A stretch of 64,000 nucleotides of DNA from Candidatus Polarisedimenticolia bacterium (GTDB taxonomy: Bacteria > Acidobacteriota > Polarisedimenticolia > Gp22-AA2): positions 674-64,673 of the forward strand of contig DASYQE010000381.1 in NCBI GenBank assembly GCA_036005805.1, given 5' to 3'. This document shows positions 17,705-25,792 of this stretch, piece after piece (positions within the stretch are counted from its first letter, which is position 1; each line of letters begins with the position of its first letter). The translations under genes were made by a program, and so were the position numbers. The notes beneath the pieces are model-generated. The model made no database searches, was not told the DNA's origin, and saw only the letters and a program-made list of their open reading frames with translations.

Positions 17705-18802
17705 TCACATTCCGCACTTGGTGAGGACCCCCCCGGTCTCCTCCGCGGAATGTCCGGTCTTCTCTTTCCAGGTGGCGTAGGCCTTGGCGCGGAACTCGGC
17801 GTTCTTGGCGATCTGCGGGTAGATCGCCTTCGGGTCGCCGAGCTGCACGTCGGCGACGCCCATGCAGAAGCCGCACTGGTCGCCGTTCTTCGCCACCTTC
17901 AGGGTCTGCTGCGCCACTTCGACCGCCTCGCGCCGCACCTGGATCAACACCGGCGAGGTGCGCCACATGTCGCGCAGGTTCGCGAGCTCGCGGATGTTCC
18001 CCGCCTTGCGCCGCAGCTGCACGCACGGATAGATGTTGCCGTACGGGTCGATGGCGAGGCCCGAGCGGCCGGTGCCGCAGACCGCCTCCCCCGGCGCATC
18101 GACGCGCGGCAGCGGGATCTCCTCCTTGCGGGCGGTCCGGTAGGCGTCGTCGGACCAGAATTTCTCCAGGAAGTCGTCGCTCGACATCAGCGAAACGGGA
18201 TCCTTGTCGCCGTCGTCGCGCGGCGTGATGACCGTGTCGAACTGGATGCGCGCGCCGAGCTCGCTCGCGAGGCGCTCCATGTCGAGCACCTCCCACTGGT
18301 TGTCCTTGGTCACCGGGCACTTGAGATTGACCTTGATGCCCTCGGCGCGAAGGTAGCCGACGCCCGCGAGCAGCTTCTTCAGCGAGCCGGGGACGCAGGT
18401 GAGCTTGTCGTGGGTCTCCGGCTTCGCCCCGTGGATGCTGATCTCCATCTCCAGCGGGTTGGCGATCTGTTTGATCTTCTTCGCCATCGGCTCGTCGATG
18501 AGGAAGCCGTTGGTGTAGATGCGCAGCGCGAACCCGAGCCGGCGCGCCTCGGCGGCGATCTCGAAGAAGTCCTTGCGGACGAGCGGCTCCCCTCCCGTGA
18601 GCGTCAGGTAGAGGACGTTGAAGTCGGCGAGCTTGCGCAGCGCGTCGAACACCTCGGCGGTGTTCATCTCCTTCTGGCCGGTCGGGCAGTTGTAGCAGAA
18701 GGAGCAGGCGTGGTTGCAGACGAAGGTCAGCTCGAACAGCGCCGACATCGGCACGGCGTTGTTCCAGTTCTTGATGGTCAGTTTTTCGAGCGCGTTCGGC
18801 AT
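17705..18802 (-). CDS. radical SAM / SPASM-domain enzyme (peptide-modifying maturase class)
   Basis: CNHACSFC (CxxxCxxC) cluster with a downstream GGEPL motif. C-terminal SPASM cysteines: CGTGRSGLAIDPYGNIYPC ... CGFCMG. Confidence 0.85.
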   Translation of the reverse strand: MPNALEKLTIKNWNNAVPMSALFELTFVCNHACSFCYNCPTGQKEMNTAEVFDALRKLADFNVLYLTLTGGEPLVRKDFFEIAAEARRLGFALRIYTNGFLIDEPMAKKIKQIANPLEMEISIHGAKPETHDKLTCVPGSLKKLLAGVGYLRAEGIKVNLKCPVTKDNQWEVLDMERLASELGARIQFDTVITPRDDGDKDPVSLMSSDDFLEKFWSDDAYRTARKEEIPLPRVDAPGEAVCGTGRSGLAIDPYGNIYPCVQLRRKAGNIRELANLRDMWRTSPVLIQVRREAVEVAQQTLKVAKNGDQCGFCMGVADVQLGDPKAIYPQIAKNAEFRAKAYATWKEKTGHSAEETGGVLTKCGM

Positions 18803-18803
18803 G

Positions 18804-19070
18804 TCAGCTCACCATTCCTTGCGTCTTCAGATCGGTGACGAAGGCCTGCAGATCCCCGAGCGCCTTCTCGCGCGTGATGTCGTACTCCGCCAGGATGCCG
18901 TCGAGAATCTCCGCCAGGGTGCGCCGCCCGTCGATCCGCTCCCAGATCGCGCTGCCGATCTCGTTCAGCACGCTCACCTGGGCGCGCGAAGGCAGGACGA
19001 TGGTCGCCTGCCCGTCGTAGGTGCGGTGGGCGGCGTCGGGGCTCTTGGTGAGAACGGTGGTCAGGTCCAT
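18804..19070 (-). CDS. PqqD-family peptide chaperone (stand-alone RiPP recognition element)
   Basis: 88 aa. Family pattern VLNEIGSAIWERIDGRRTLAEILDGILAEYDI...ALGDLQAFVTDLKTQGMV. Reading frames are tightly coupled to the flanking genes. Confidence 0.75.
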   Translation of the reverse strand: MDLTTVLTKSPDAAHRTYDGQATIVLPSRAQVSVLNEIGSAIWERIDGRRTLAEILDGILAEYDITREKALGDLQAFVTDLKTQGMVS

Positions 19071-19073
19071 GCG

Positions 19074-19991
19074 TCAGCGCTCCTCGATCACATCCCAGAA
19101 GGCGTCGTCCTTGCGGAAGTGCAACCTCCACAGCGGGGTCGTCGCGACCAGCCGCGCGGCGTTCTCGACCGCCGGTCGCGGATCCACGTCGCCGTCGAGC
19201 ACGAACGGCAGCGAGGCCACCACTTCTGCCAGAGCCGCCGCCCCGGCCACTCGTTCACGCCGGACATCGGACGACTGCACCAGCCGGTGCAGCCCGGCGA
19301 TCGGAAAGGCCTCGTTGCTGTCCGGCACGTGGTGGTGCGCCATCCCGAACGGGATGCCCGCCGCCTGAAAACCTCGAGGTGCGGGGACCAGCAAGGTCAG
19401 GTCGTCGCTCAGCACCAGGTCGCGCTGCGAGAACCGGGTCACGGTGGTCTTGCCGCTGCCGGATGGGCCGAAGAAGACGTAGGCCCGGCCGCCGCGCACC
19501 ACCGCCGCGCCGTGCAGCAGCATCCCGCCGCGTGCCTGGATGAACCCGGCCGTCATCGCCCGCAGGAAGTTCTCCGAGCCGCGCTCGAACCGGGGTCCTT
19601 CCTCCTCGACCAGCGCCAGCTCGGCGGTGCGTCGATCGGTGGCGAAGGACCCGGCGAACTCGTACGACCACCAGCGCCGGGCGTCGGCGTCACGCCGGGT
19701 CGGCATCCGATAGACCTCCGTGCCGGCGTCCTGGAGCTGCAGGAACGACTCCCGGCCGGCGCGCGTGAGGCGCACGGAAAGGTCGGCCGGCCCGGTGGCC
19801 TTTTCCTCGAGGAACGGCCGGTACTGGCTGAGGAGGCGATCCCGCTGCCTGGACGAGAGCCCCTCGAGGGCGAAGCGCAGGGGCCCGACGCGCAGGGCGA
19901 GCGTCCCCTGCCCGAACGCGGGGCGGTTTTCGGCGAACCAGGCCGCATCCGGGTTGAAATCAGTCCCGGGGGGACGGTCCTGTCCGCTCAT
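19074..19991 (-). CDS. HprK-related kinase (HPr kinase C-terminal-domain P-loop family); start uncertain (track uses TTG at 20096)
   Basis: Walker A FFGPSGSGKTT, then LSDDLTLL, in an HprK C-terminal-like fold. ATG at 19989-19991 is preferred because the candidate promoter at 20067-20096 would lie inside the longer ORF. Confidence 0.65.
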   Translation of the reverse strand: MSGQDRPPGTDFNPDAAWFAENRPAFGQGTLALRVGPLRFALEGLSSRQRDRLLSQYRPFLEEKATGPADLSVRLTRAGRESFLQLQDAGTEVYRMPTRRDADARRWWSYEFAGSFATDRRTAELALVEEEGPRFERGSENFLRAMTAGFIQARGGMLLHGAAVVRGGRAYVFFGPSGSGKTTVTRFSQRDLVLSDDLTLLVPAPRGFQAAGIPFGMAHHHVPDSNEAFPIAGLHRLVQSSDVRRERVAGAAALAEVVASLPFVLDGDVDPRPAVENAARLVATTPLWRLHFRKDDAFWDVIEER

Positions 19992-20066
19992 CCTGTCGGC
20001 GACGGCGCCTTGGGACACGTGTGTGAGCAAGGTTCGGGTAGCCCTCGGCTGCTTTGAAACGGCCGA

Positions 20067-20096
20067 AATATACCGTGTTTCGGGGGGTTCGTCCAA
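20067..20096 (-). promoter_or_regulatory. candidate sigma70 promoter TTGGAC-N17-TATATT for the kinase-PqqD-rSAM operon
   Basis: Minus strand reads TTGGAC gaacccccgaaacacgg TATATT, in the 60-bp gap after the sulfatase-like gene stop. Confidence 0.3.
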
Positions 20097-20153
20097 ACGA
20101 AATTTGGTTACAAGTTGGGGATTACGCGACGGTTAGGCCATGTCCAGCAAGGA

Positions 20154-22145
20154 TTATTTCGATCCGGAGGCCGGAGGGGCCGGCTTCGCGGCCGGATCCG
20201 GCTGGGAGGTCGAGGCGGGCGGAAGCGGGTCCAGCCCGATCAGGGTGCGGAAGCGCGGGTCGTTCTTGAGGGGCGCCAGGCGGGAGTCGCGGCGCATCTC
20301 CGTGAAGTCGTTCGCCCCCAGGGTGATGGCCTTCTCGAGGGAGGCGATCGCCTCATCGACCTTCCCCTGGCGGGCGAAGATGGTCGCCCGGTCGAAATCG
20401 GGGTCCTCGCTCTGCGGATCCACGAGCTGCATCACGTCCATGGCCTTGAGGGCCCGGGCTGTCTCCCCCTTCGCCTCCCAGTAGTGCGCCAGCCAGTGGT
20501 ACCCATTCATCCGGTAGGGATAGCGGCACTGCTGGAGCTCGAGGTTGTCGAGAAGCGCATCCCCCCAGCGGTTGCGGATGCCGAGGAAGCTCACCATGTC
20601 GAGGGCGCTGAAATTGTCGGGATCCGTCTCCATGACGGCCGAGGCGTTGCGCGTCGAGCGCCCGACGATCCCGTAGGACTGGTCGATGGTCGCGGTGAAC
20701 ATCGTGCCGTTGACCGCCACCTTCTCCGGCAGGCGGGGATCGGGCCAGGTGTCCTTCGCCACGCAGAACGGGGCGTCGGCCCAGGGCGTTCCGAGCGCCG
20801 CCGCCGCGGCATCGATCTCCTTCTTCCTGGCCGGCGGCGGCTCCAGCTCGCCGAGCCGGCCCTGGCCCTGCGCCTGAAGCGCCCTGGTCCACTTCGCCCC
20901 GGGGTCCTTGATCGGGTGCTCCTCGGCGGGGTCGGCGGCGAGGTCGAACGACTCCGTCCAGGTTCCGCGGACCACCTTGTGGTCACCGTCGATCACCGCC
21001 CAGAGCGGGCTCCAGCCATAAGCCATCCACGGCTGGACCGATTCGATCCAGATCGGCCGACCCTCGCGCGGCGGCTTCGGCCTGCCCTTCCCGGCCGGTG
21101 CGGTCAGCAGGCCGGCGAAGGAGACACCGTCGAGCGCCGTCGTCGCCGAGCCCGCCTTCGCGGCGCCCGCCAGGTCGAGAAGCGTCGGCGCGAGGTCGGT
21201 CAGGCTGACCGGCGTCGCCACGACCGCTCCTCCTGCCATCGCGTTGGGCAGTCCGAATGGGACGATGACCAGGGGCACCCGCACCGTGGTCTCGTAGAGG
21301 TAGATGCCGTGACCGGTCTCCTGGTGTTGTCCCAGGGCTTCCCCGTGCGATCCGGCCACCACGAGCACCGACCGATCGAGGAGCTGCTTGTCGCGCAGCA
21401 GGTCGACGAGGGCGCCGAGCTGCGGATCGAGCGAGGCCAGCTCGCCGTCGTACGGGTCGTCCTTGTGCTCGGACTTGAACGGCTCCGGCGCTTCGTAATC
21501 GGCGTGCGGGTCGTGGAAATTCGCGAACAGGAAGAGGGGCTTCGCCGCGGTCCGCTTGTCGAGCCGCGCGCGGACGGCCTCGGTCACTTCCGAGGCGCGC
21601 CGCTCCTTCGACAGGCCGGCGACCAGCTTCCGGATCCCCGGGAATTCGTCGTCATAGACATCGAAGCCGCGGTCAAGCCGGGTGTCGGAGTCGAGGAAGT
21701 GGCTGCCGATCACCGCCAGCGTTTCGTAGCCGGCCTGGCGCAGGCGCTCGGCCAGAGGGACCACCCCGTCCGCCAGGCGCCCCCCGGCGCCCTCGAGGTC
21801 GTGGCGCACCCCGTGATGCGAAGGGTCCAGTCCCGTGAGCACGCTGGCGTTGCTGGGCGCCGTCGACGGCGACGCGGCGTAGGCGTGGTCGAACCGGATT
21901 CCCTGCTTCGCCAGCGCCTCGAGCTTCGGCAGGTCGTGCTGGCCGCCCTCCGGCTGGAAGAGCCGGTCGCTCCGCAGGCTGTCGATGGTGATCAGGATGA
22001 TGTTCGGCCGGGCCGGGGCGGCGGGCGCACCCGCAGCCGCAGCGGCACGGACGCCGACGATCGACAGGAGCGCGATGCAGATGGGAGCGACGGCGGTGCG
22101 CCATCCCGGGCGCCCAGGATGCGGGCGCCCGAACGACCCGATCAT
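20154..22145 (-). CDS. secreted sulfatase-like hydrolase/transferase (alkaline phosphatase superfamily) with C-terminal TPR repeats
   Basis: Signal peptide present. N-terminal IILITIDSLRSDRL...ASVLTGLDPSHHG block, then HFLDSD, HDPHADY, GSHGEALG metal-site-like motifs, then C-terminal TPR. Confidence 0.7.
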   Translation of the reverse strand: MIGSFGRPHPGRPGWRTAVAPICIALLSIVGVRAAAAAGAPAAPARPNIILITIDSLRSDRLFQPEGGQHDLPKLEALAKQGIRFDHAYAASPSTAPSNASVLTGLDPSHHGVRHDLEGAGGRLADGVVPLAERLRQAGYETLAVIGSHFLDSDTRLDRGFDVYDDEFPGIRKLVAGLSKERRASEVTEAVRARLDKRTAAKPLFLFANFHDPHADYEAPEPFKSEHKDDPYDGELASLDPQLGALVDLLRDKQLLDRSVLVVAGSHGEALGQHQETGHGIYLYETTVRVPLVIVPFGLPNAMAGGAVVATPVSLTDLAPTLLDLAGAAKAGSATTALDGVSFAGLLTAPAGKGRPKPPREGRPIWIESVQPWMAYGWSPLWAVIDGDHKVVRGTWTESFDLAADPAEEHPIKDPGAKWTRALQAQGQGRLGELEPPPARKKEIDAAAAALGTPWADAPFCVAKDTWPDPRLPEKVAVNGTMFTATIDQSYGIVGRSTRNASAVMETDPDNFSALDMVSFLGIRNRWGDALLDNLELQQCRYPYRMNGYHWLAHYWEAKGETARALKAMDVMQLVDPQSEDPDFDRATIFARQGKVDEAIASLEKAITLGANDFTEMRRDSRLAPLKNDPRFRTLIGLDPLPPASTSQPDPAAKPAPPASGSK

Positions 22146-23095
22146 TTCTCGATCACCTCGATCGGACCCGGCGCCTGGCCGGCGCCGGCGGGGAGATGCG
22201 CCGAGAAGAAGTCGCGGATCGCCTGGTCATACTTGGTCCGATCCTCGGCGTACAGCCCGGTCAGCCCCGAACGCCTCAGCTCCAGCAGGTTCTTGTCCCC
22301 ATCGGCGGATTCCGGAATCGCCTCGTAGATGCGCCGCTCCGCCTCGAACTGCTCGGGCACCTCGGACGCCGCGATGAGCAGCAGGTTTCGTCCGCCCAGG
22401 CCCGACAACCGCTTGTCCAGGGAGTACTTCCCGAGGCTGCAGCGGAAGTAAGGACCGTACAGCAAACGGGCCGCCGGGACCAGCGATTGCGCCGCGGGAG
22501 GGACCATTTCGCGCAGCCGGCGGTCGGCCTCGGTGCTGACGTCGGGGTAGAGCCCGTCGAGCGCCAGCGCCGTCAGCCCCGGCTCTTCGAGCGCCGCCAG
22601 GGCCAGGGCGTAGGCCCCCATCCCGACGCCCCACCCGCCGACCCGCGACTTGGCGAACTCGGGCTTGGACCGCAGCCAATTGACGGCGGCCAGCACATCG
22701 AGACGCTCGTTCACGCCCAGGGTCGATCGGGCGGCGCCGCTGTCGCCGTGCCGGCGAAAGTCGAGGAGCAGGAGCGGATAACCGACCTTGCTGAGCGCGA
22801 CCGCGGCGTTCAGAAGCTGCGAGCGCGAGCCGCCCAGATCGTGGCAGAGGACAATAGGCGGCGCGCCGCGCTTCCCATGCAGGTACCAGCCGGCGAGCGA
22901 CACCCCGTCCGACGAGGTGAAGACGGCGTCCTCGGTCTGCAGCAGCAGCTCGGACGGGTCCGCCTTGCTGCGATCGGGATCCGGCTGGCTGGCGGCGTGG
23001 ATCAGCGCGAAGACGCCGGCGGCCGGCAATCCCACCACGATGATCAGGATGATGAGGATCCGCCTCAACGCGGAACCGGAGGGGAGGGCGGCCAT
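22142..23095 (-). CDS. membrane-anchored alpha/beta-hydrolase fold protein (nucleophile-elbow Ser apparently replaced by Gly)
   Basis: N-terminal TM, HDLGGSRSQ, and an elbow region reading GGWGVGMGAYALA where G-x-S-x-G is expected. Confidence 0.55.
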   Translation of the reverse strand: MAALPSGSALRRILIILIIVVGLPAAGVFALIHAASQPDPDRSKADPSELLLQTEDAVFTSSDGVSLAGWYLHGKRGAPPIVLCHDLGGSRSQLLNAAVALSKVGYPLLLLDFRRHGDSGAARSTLGVNERLDVLAAVNWLRSKPEFAKSRVGGWGVGMGAYALALAALEEPGLTALALDGLYPDVSTEADRRLREMVPPAAQSLVPAARLLYGPYFRCSLGKYSLDKRLSGLGGRNLLLIAASEVPEQFEAERRIYEAIPESADGDKNLLELRRSGLTGLYAEDRTKYDQAIRDFFSAHLPAGAGQAPGPIEVIEK

Positions 23096-23106
23096 TCGGG
23101 GGCGGA

Positions 23107-25002
23107 CTATACCACGCGCTCTCCGCCCTCGATCTCCGGCGGCGGGGCCCCGGCGAGCCGCTCGTGGATGCGCCGCGCGACCGGAGCACCCACGACCTTG
23201 GCGACCTCCTCGACCGGCGCCTCGCGCACGCCCGTCAGCGATCCGAAGCGCCGCAGGAGCTGCCGGGCCCGGCGCGGTCCCACGCCTTCGATCTCGGTCA
23301 GGGCGCTGCCGACGGTGCGCTTGCTGCGCACCTTGCGATGGAAGGTGACGGCGAAGCGGTGCGCCTCGTCGCGGATGCGCTGCACCAGGTGCAGGACCGG
23401 GGAGTCGTGCGGCAGCCGCACGGGACCGGTGCGGCCGTCGAGGAAGATCTCCTCCTCGCGCTTGGCGAGGGCGGCCACCTGCATATGGCCGAGGCCGAGG
23501 CGCTCGAGCACCGCCAGCGCCGACGACAGCTGCCCACGGCCGCCGTCGATGAGCACGAGATCCGGCAGCGGCTTGCCTTCCTGGAGCAGGCGCGCGTAGC
23601 GCCGGCCGACGACCTCGGCCATCGAGGCGAAATCGTCATTCCCTTCGAGGTGGCGGATCTTGAAGCGGCGGTAGTCGGAGCGCTTCGGGCGGCCCGCTTC
23701 CCAGACCACCAGCGACGCCACCTGGTCGGTCCCCTGGATGTGCGAGATGTCGAAGCACTCGATGCGGTGCGGCGGCTCGTCGAGGCCGAGCGCCTCCTGG
23801 AGGCCTTCGAGGATCTCGACGCCGTGGGTGTGCGGGGCGCGGAACATCGCCTCGAAGGAGAGGCGGGCGTTCTTCGCCACCGTGTCGAGCAGCGCCTTCT
23901 TCGGCCCGCGCTGCGGGACGAGGAACTGCACGCGCCCGCCGCGGCGGCTCCGGAGCCACTCCTCCAGAACCGGCTTCGACGCCGGATCGTGCGGCAGCAG
24001 GATCGCCTCCGGCAGGTCGTCGGTCGAGGCGTAGTAACGCTCCAGCACCGCGTCGAGGAAGAGCGCGGGGTCGGGCTCCCCGCCTTCGAACGACAGCTCG
24101 CGCCGGGCCCGCACCTGGCCTTCCCTCATCTGGAAGATCTGCACCGACGCGAGCCCGCCTTCGCGCACGTAGGCGACGTAGTCCTGCCCCTCGAGCCCGA
24201 CCGACGAAATGGTCTGGCGCTCCGCCATGCGCTCGAGCATGCGGATGAGGTCACGGTGCTGCGCCGCCGCCTCGAAGCGTTCGTCGGAGGCCGCCTCCGC
24301 CATCTTCCCCTTCAGGACCTTGAGGAGGTCGCGGGTGCGCCCTTCGAGGAAGAGCCGCGCGTCGGCGACGGCCCGCTGGTACTCCTCGTCCGACACCAGG
24401 CCGGCGCAGGGCCCCAGGCACTGGTTGAGCTGGAACAGCAGGCAGGGCCGCGGCCGCGTCCCGTCGAGGTGCTCGTAGCAGGTGGCCACCTTGAAGTGGC
24501 GCGCCACCGTCTGGATCGAGCGCCGCGCCGTCGACGCGGGCAGGTAGGGGCCGAAGTAGGCGTTCTTGTCGAGCCGCGCCTGCCGCACCAAAACCAGGCG
24601 CGGGAAGCGCTCCGAGGTGGTCAGCTTCAGGTACGGGAAGTTCTTGTCGTCGCGGAGGCGGATGTTGTAGCGCGGCTGCTCCTCCTTGACCAGGTTGTTC
24701 TCGAGGATGAGCGCCTCGACCGGATTGCGCGTGACGATGTACTCGAGGTCCCAGATCTCCGAGACCAGCGCCCCGGTCTTGACCGCCTCCGGCGACCCCG
24801 ACTCCTCCTTCCCCGCCTGGAAGTAGGAGCGCACCCGGTTCTTGAGCGACTTCGCCTTGCCGACGTACAGGAGCCGCCCCTTCCGGTCGCGATAGAGATA
24901 GACCCCCGACGAGTCCGGAAGATCGGCCAGCTTGGCCCGCGCGGGACTCTCTCCTCCCTCGGCCCCGGGGCGGTCGTGCGTCTGCTTCGTCTCCGGATCC
25001 AT
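23107..25002 (-). CDS. uvrC: excinuclease ABC subunit C
   Basis: GIY-YIG N-terminus (SGVYLYRDRKGRLLYVGKAKSLKNRVRSYF), UvrBC-interacting region, Endo V-like and HhH C-terminus. Confidence 0.9.
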   Translation of the reverse strand: MDPETKQTHDRPGAEGGESPARAKLADLPDSSGVYLYRDRKGRLLYVGKAKSLKNRVRSYFQAGKEESGSPEAVKTGALVSEIWDLEYIVTRNPVEALILENNLVKEEQPRYNIRLRDDKNFPYLKLTTSERFPRLVLVRQARLDKNAYFGPYLPASTARRSIQTVARHFKVATCYEHLDGTRPRPCLLFQLNQCLGPCAGLVSDEEYQRAVADARLFLEGRTRDLLKVLKGKMAEAASDERFEAAAQHRDLIRMLERMAERQTISSVGLEGQDYVAYVREGGLASVQIFQMREGQVRARRELSFEGGEPDPALFLDAVLERYYASTDDLPEAILLPHDPASKPVLEEWLRSRRGGRVQFLVPQRGPKKALLDTVAKNARLSFEAMFRAPHTHGVEILEGLQEALGLDEPPHRIECFDISHIQGTDQVASLVVWEAGRPKRSDYRRFKIRHLEGNDDFASMAEVVGRRYARLLQEGKPLPDLVLIDGGRGQLSSALAVLERLGLGHMQVAALAKREEEIFLDGRTGPVRLPHDSPVLHLVQRIRDEAHRFAVTFHRKVRSKRTVGSALTEIEGVGPRRARQLLRRFGSLTGVREAPVEEVAKVVGAPVARRIHERLAGAPPPEIEGGERVV

Positions 25003-25071
25003 GACCCTTCGATCCTACTCTGCGTGGCAAGCTGACACGGCGGGGCGAGCCTTCGGTGAGAAGATGCCCGC

Positions 25072-25761
25072 ATGCGTCGTTTCGCCGACACGGCGGTCGC
25101 GTTGCTGCTCCCTTCGGGAAGGCGGGTGGCCCGCTACTTTCTCGAGGTGGAGGGATACCTCTACCCCCACGAGGGGACGTTCCTGCACTGTCTGGCCTTC
25201 GCCGCTCCGGGGCGGGGGGCCGTGGTCGAGATCGGATCCTTCCGCGGGCGCTCGACGCTGTGTCTGGCCTCGGGCGTGCTTCGGCGCGGCGAGGGAAAGG
25301 TCATCGCCATCGATCCCCAGCGGTACGGCACCGGCGAGACCTTGGTGGCGAACCTGCGGCGTTTCCATCTCGATCGCTGCGTCGAGATCCGGGCGGACAC
25401 TTCGCTTTCGGTCGCGCGGGGCTTCGAGGGCAAGGCGCGCATCGTCTTCGTGGACGGCGATCACTCCGACGACGCGGTGCGTGCGGACGTGGCCGCGTGG
25501 CTGCCGCACCTGGACGCCGGAGGCTTTCTCGTCCTTCACGACGCCACGTCCCTGTCCGGGTTTCCGGGTCCAAGAGCCCTCGCGGACGCCCTGCGACACG
25601 CCGTCGGTCCGGACGGGACGTTCCAGTCGGCGGGCACCATCGGCAGCATCGCCTGGTTCCGCGCGCGGGGAGGCGAACGCTTCCAGCCCTCCAGCCGGGG
25701 GCGCGCCTGGGTCGATCCCCTCCTGAAGTCCCTGCGGGGGTCGACCGAGCCCTTGGGATGA
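25072..25761 (+). CDS. class I SAM-dependent O-methyltransferase (Methyltransf_24/CmcI-like)
   Basis: VVEIGSFRGRST (motif I) and IVFVDGDHSDD. It is the only plus-strand gene in the first 34 kb. Confidence 0.7.
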   Translation: MRRFADTAVALLLPSGRRVARYFLEVEGYLYPHEGTFLHCLAFAAPGRGAVVEIGSFRGRSTLCLASGVLRRGEGKVIAIDPQRYGTGETLVANLRRFHLDRCVEIRADTSLSVARGFEGKARIVFVDGDHSDDAVRADVAAWLPHLDAGGFLVLHDATSLSGFPGPRALADALRHAVGPDGTFQSAGTIGSIAWFRARGGERFQPSSRGRAWVDPLLKSLRGSTEPLG

Positions 25762-25792
25762 GGTCCCGCGGGGATCGGCCGCCCCGGAATCG

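Noticed and set aside
19992-20096. TTG start at 20096 for the HprK-related kinase (track ORF 19074..20096)
   Set aside because: The extension has no family content. The candidate -35/-10 (20067-20096) would lie inside it, and an in-frame TAA sits at 20133. ATG at 19991 is preferred but still uncertain; a GTG at 20015 is also possible.
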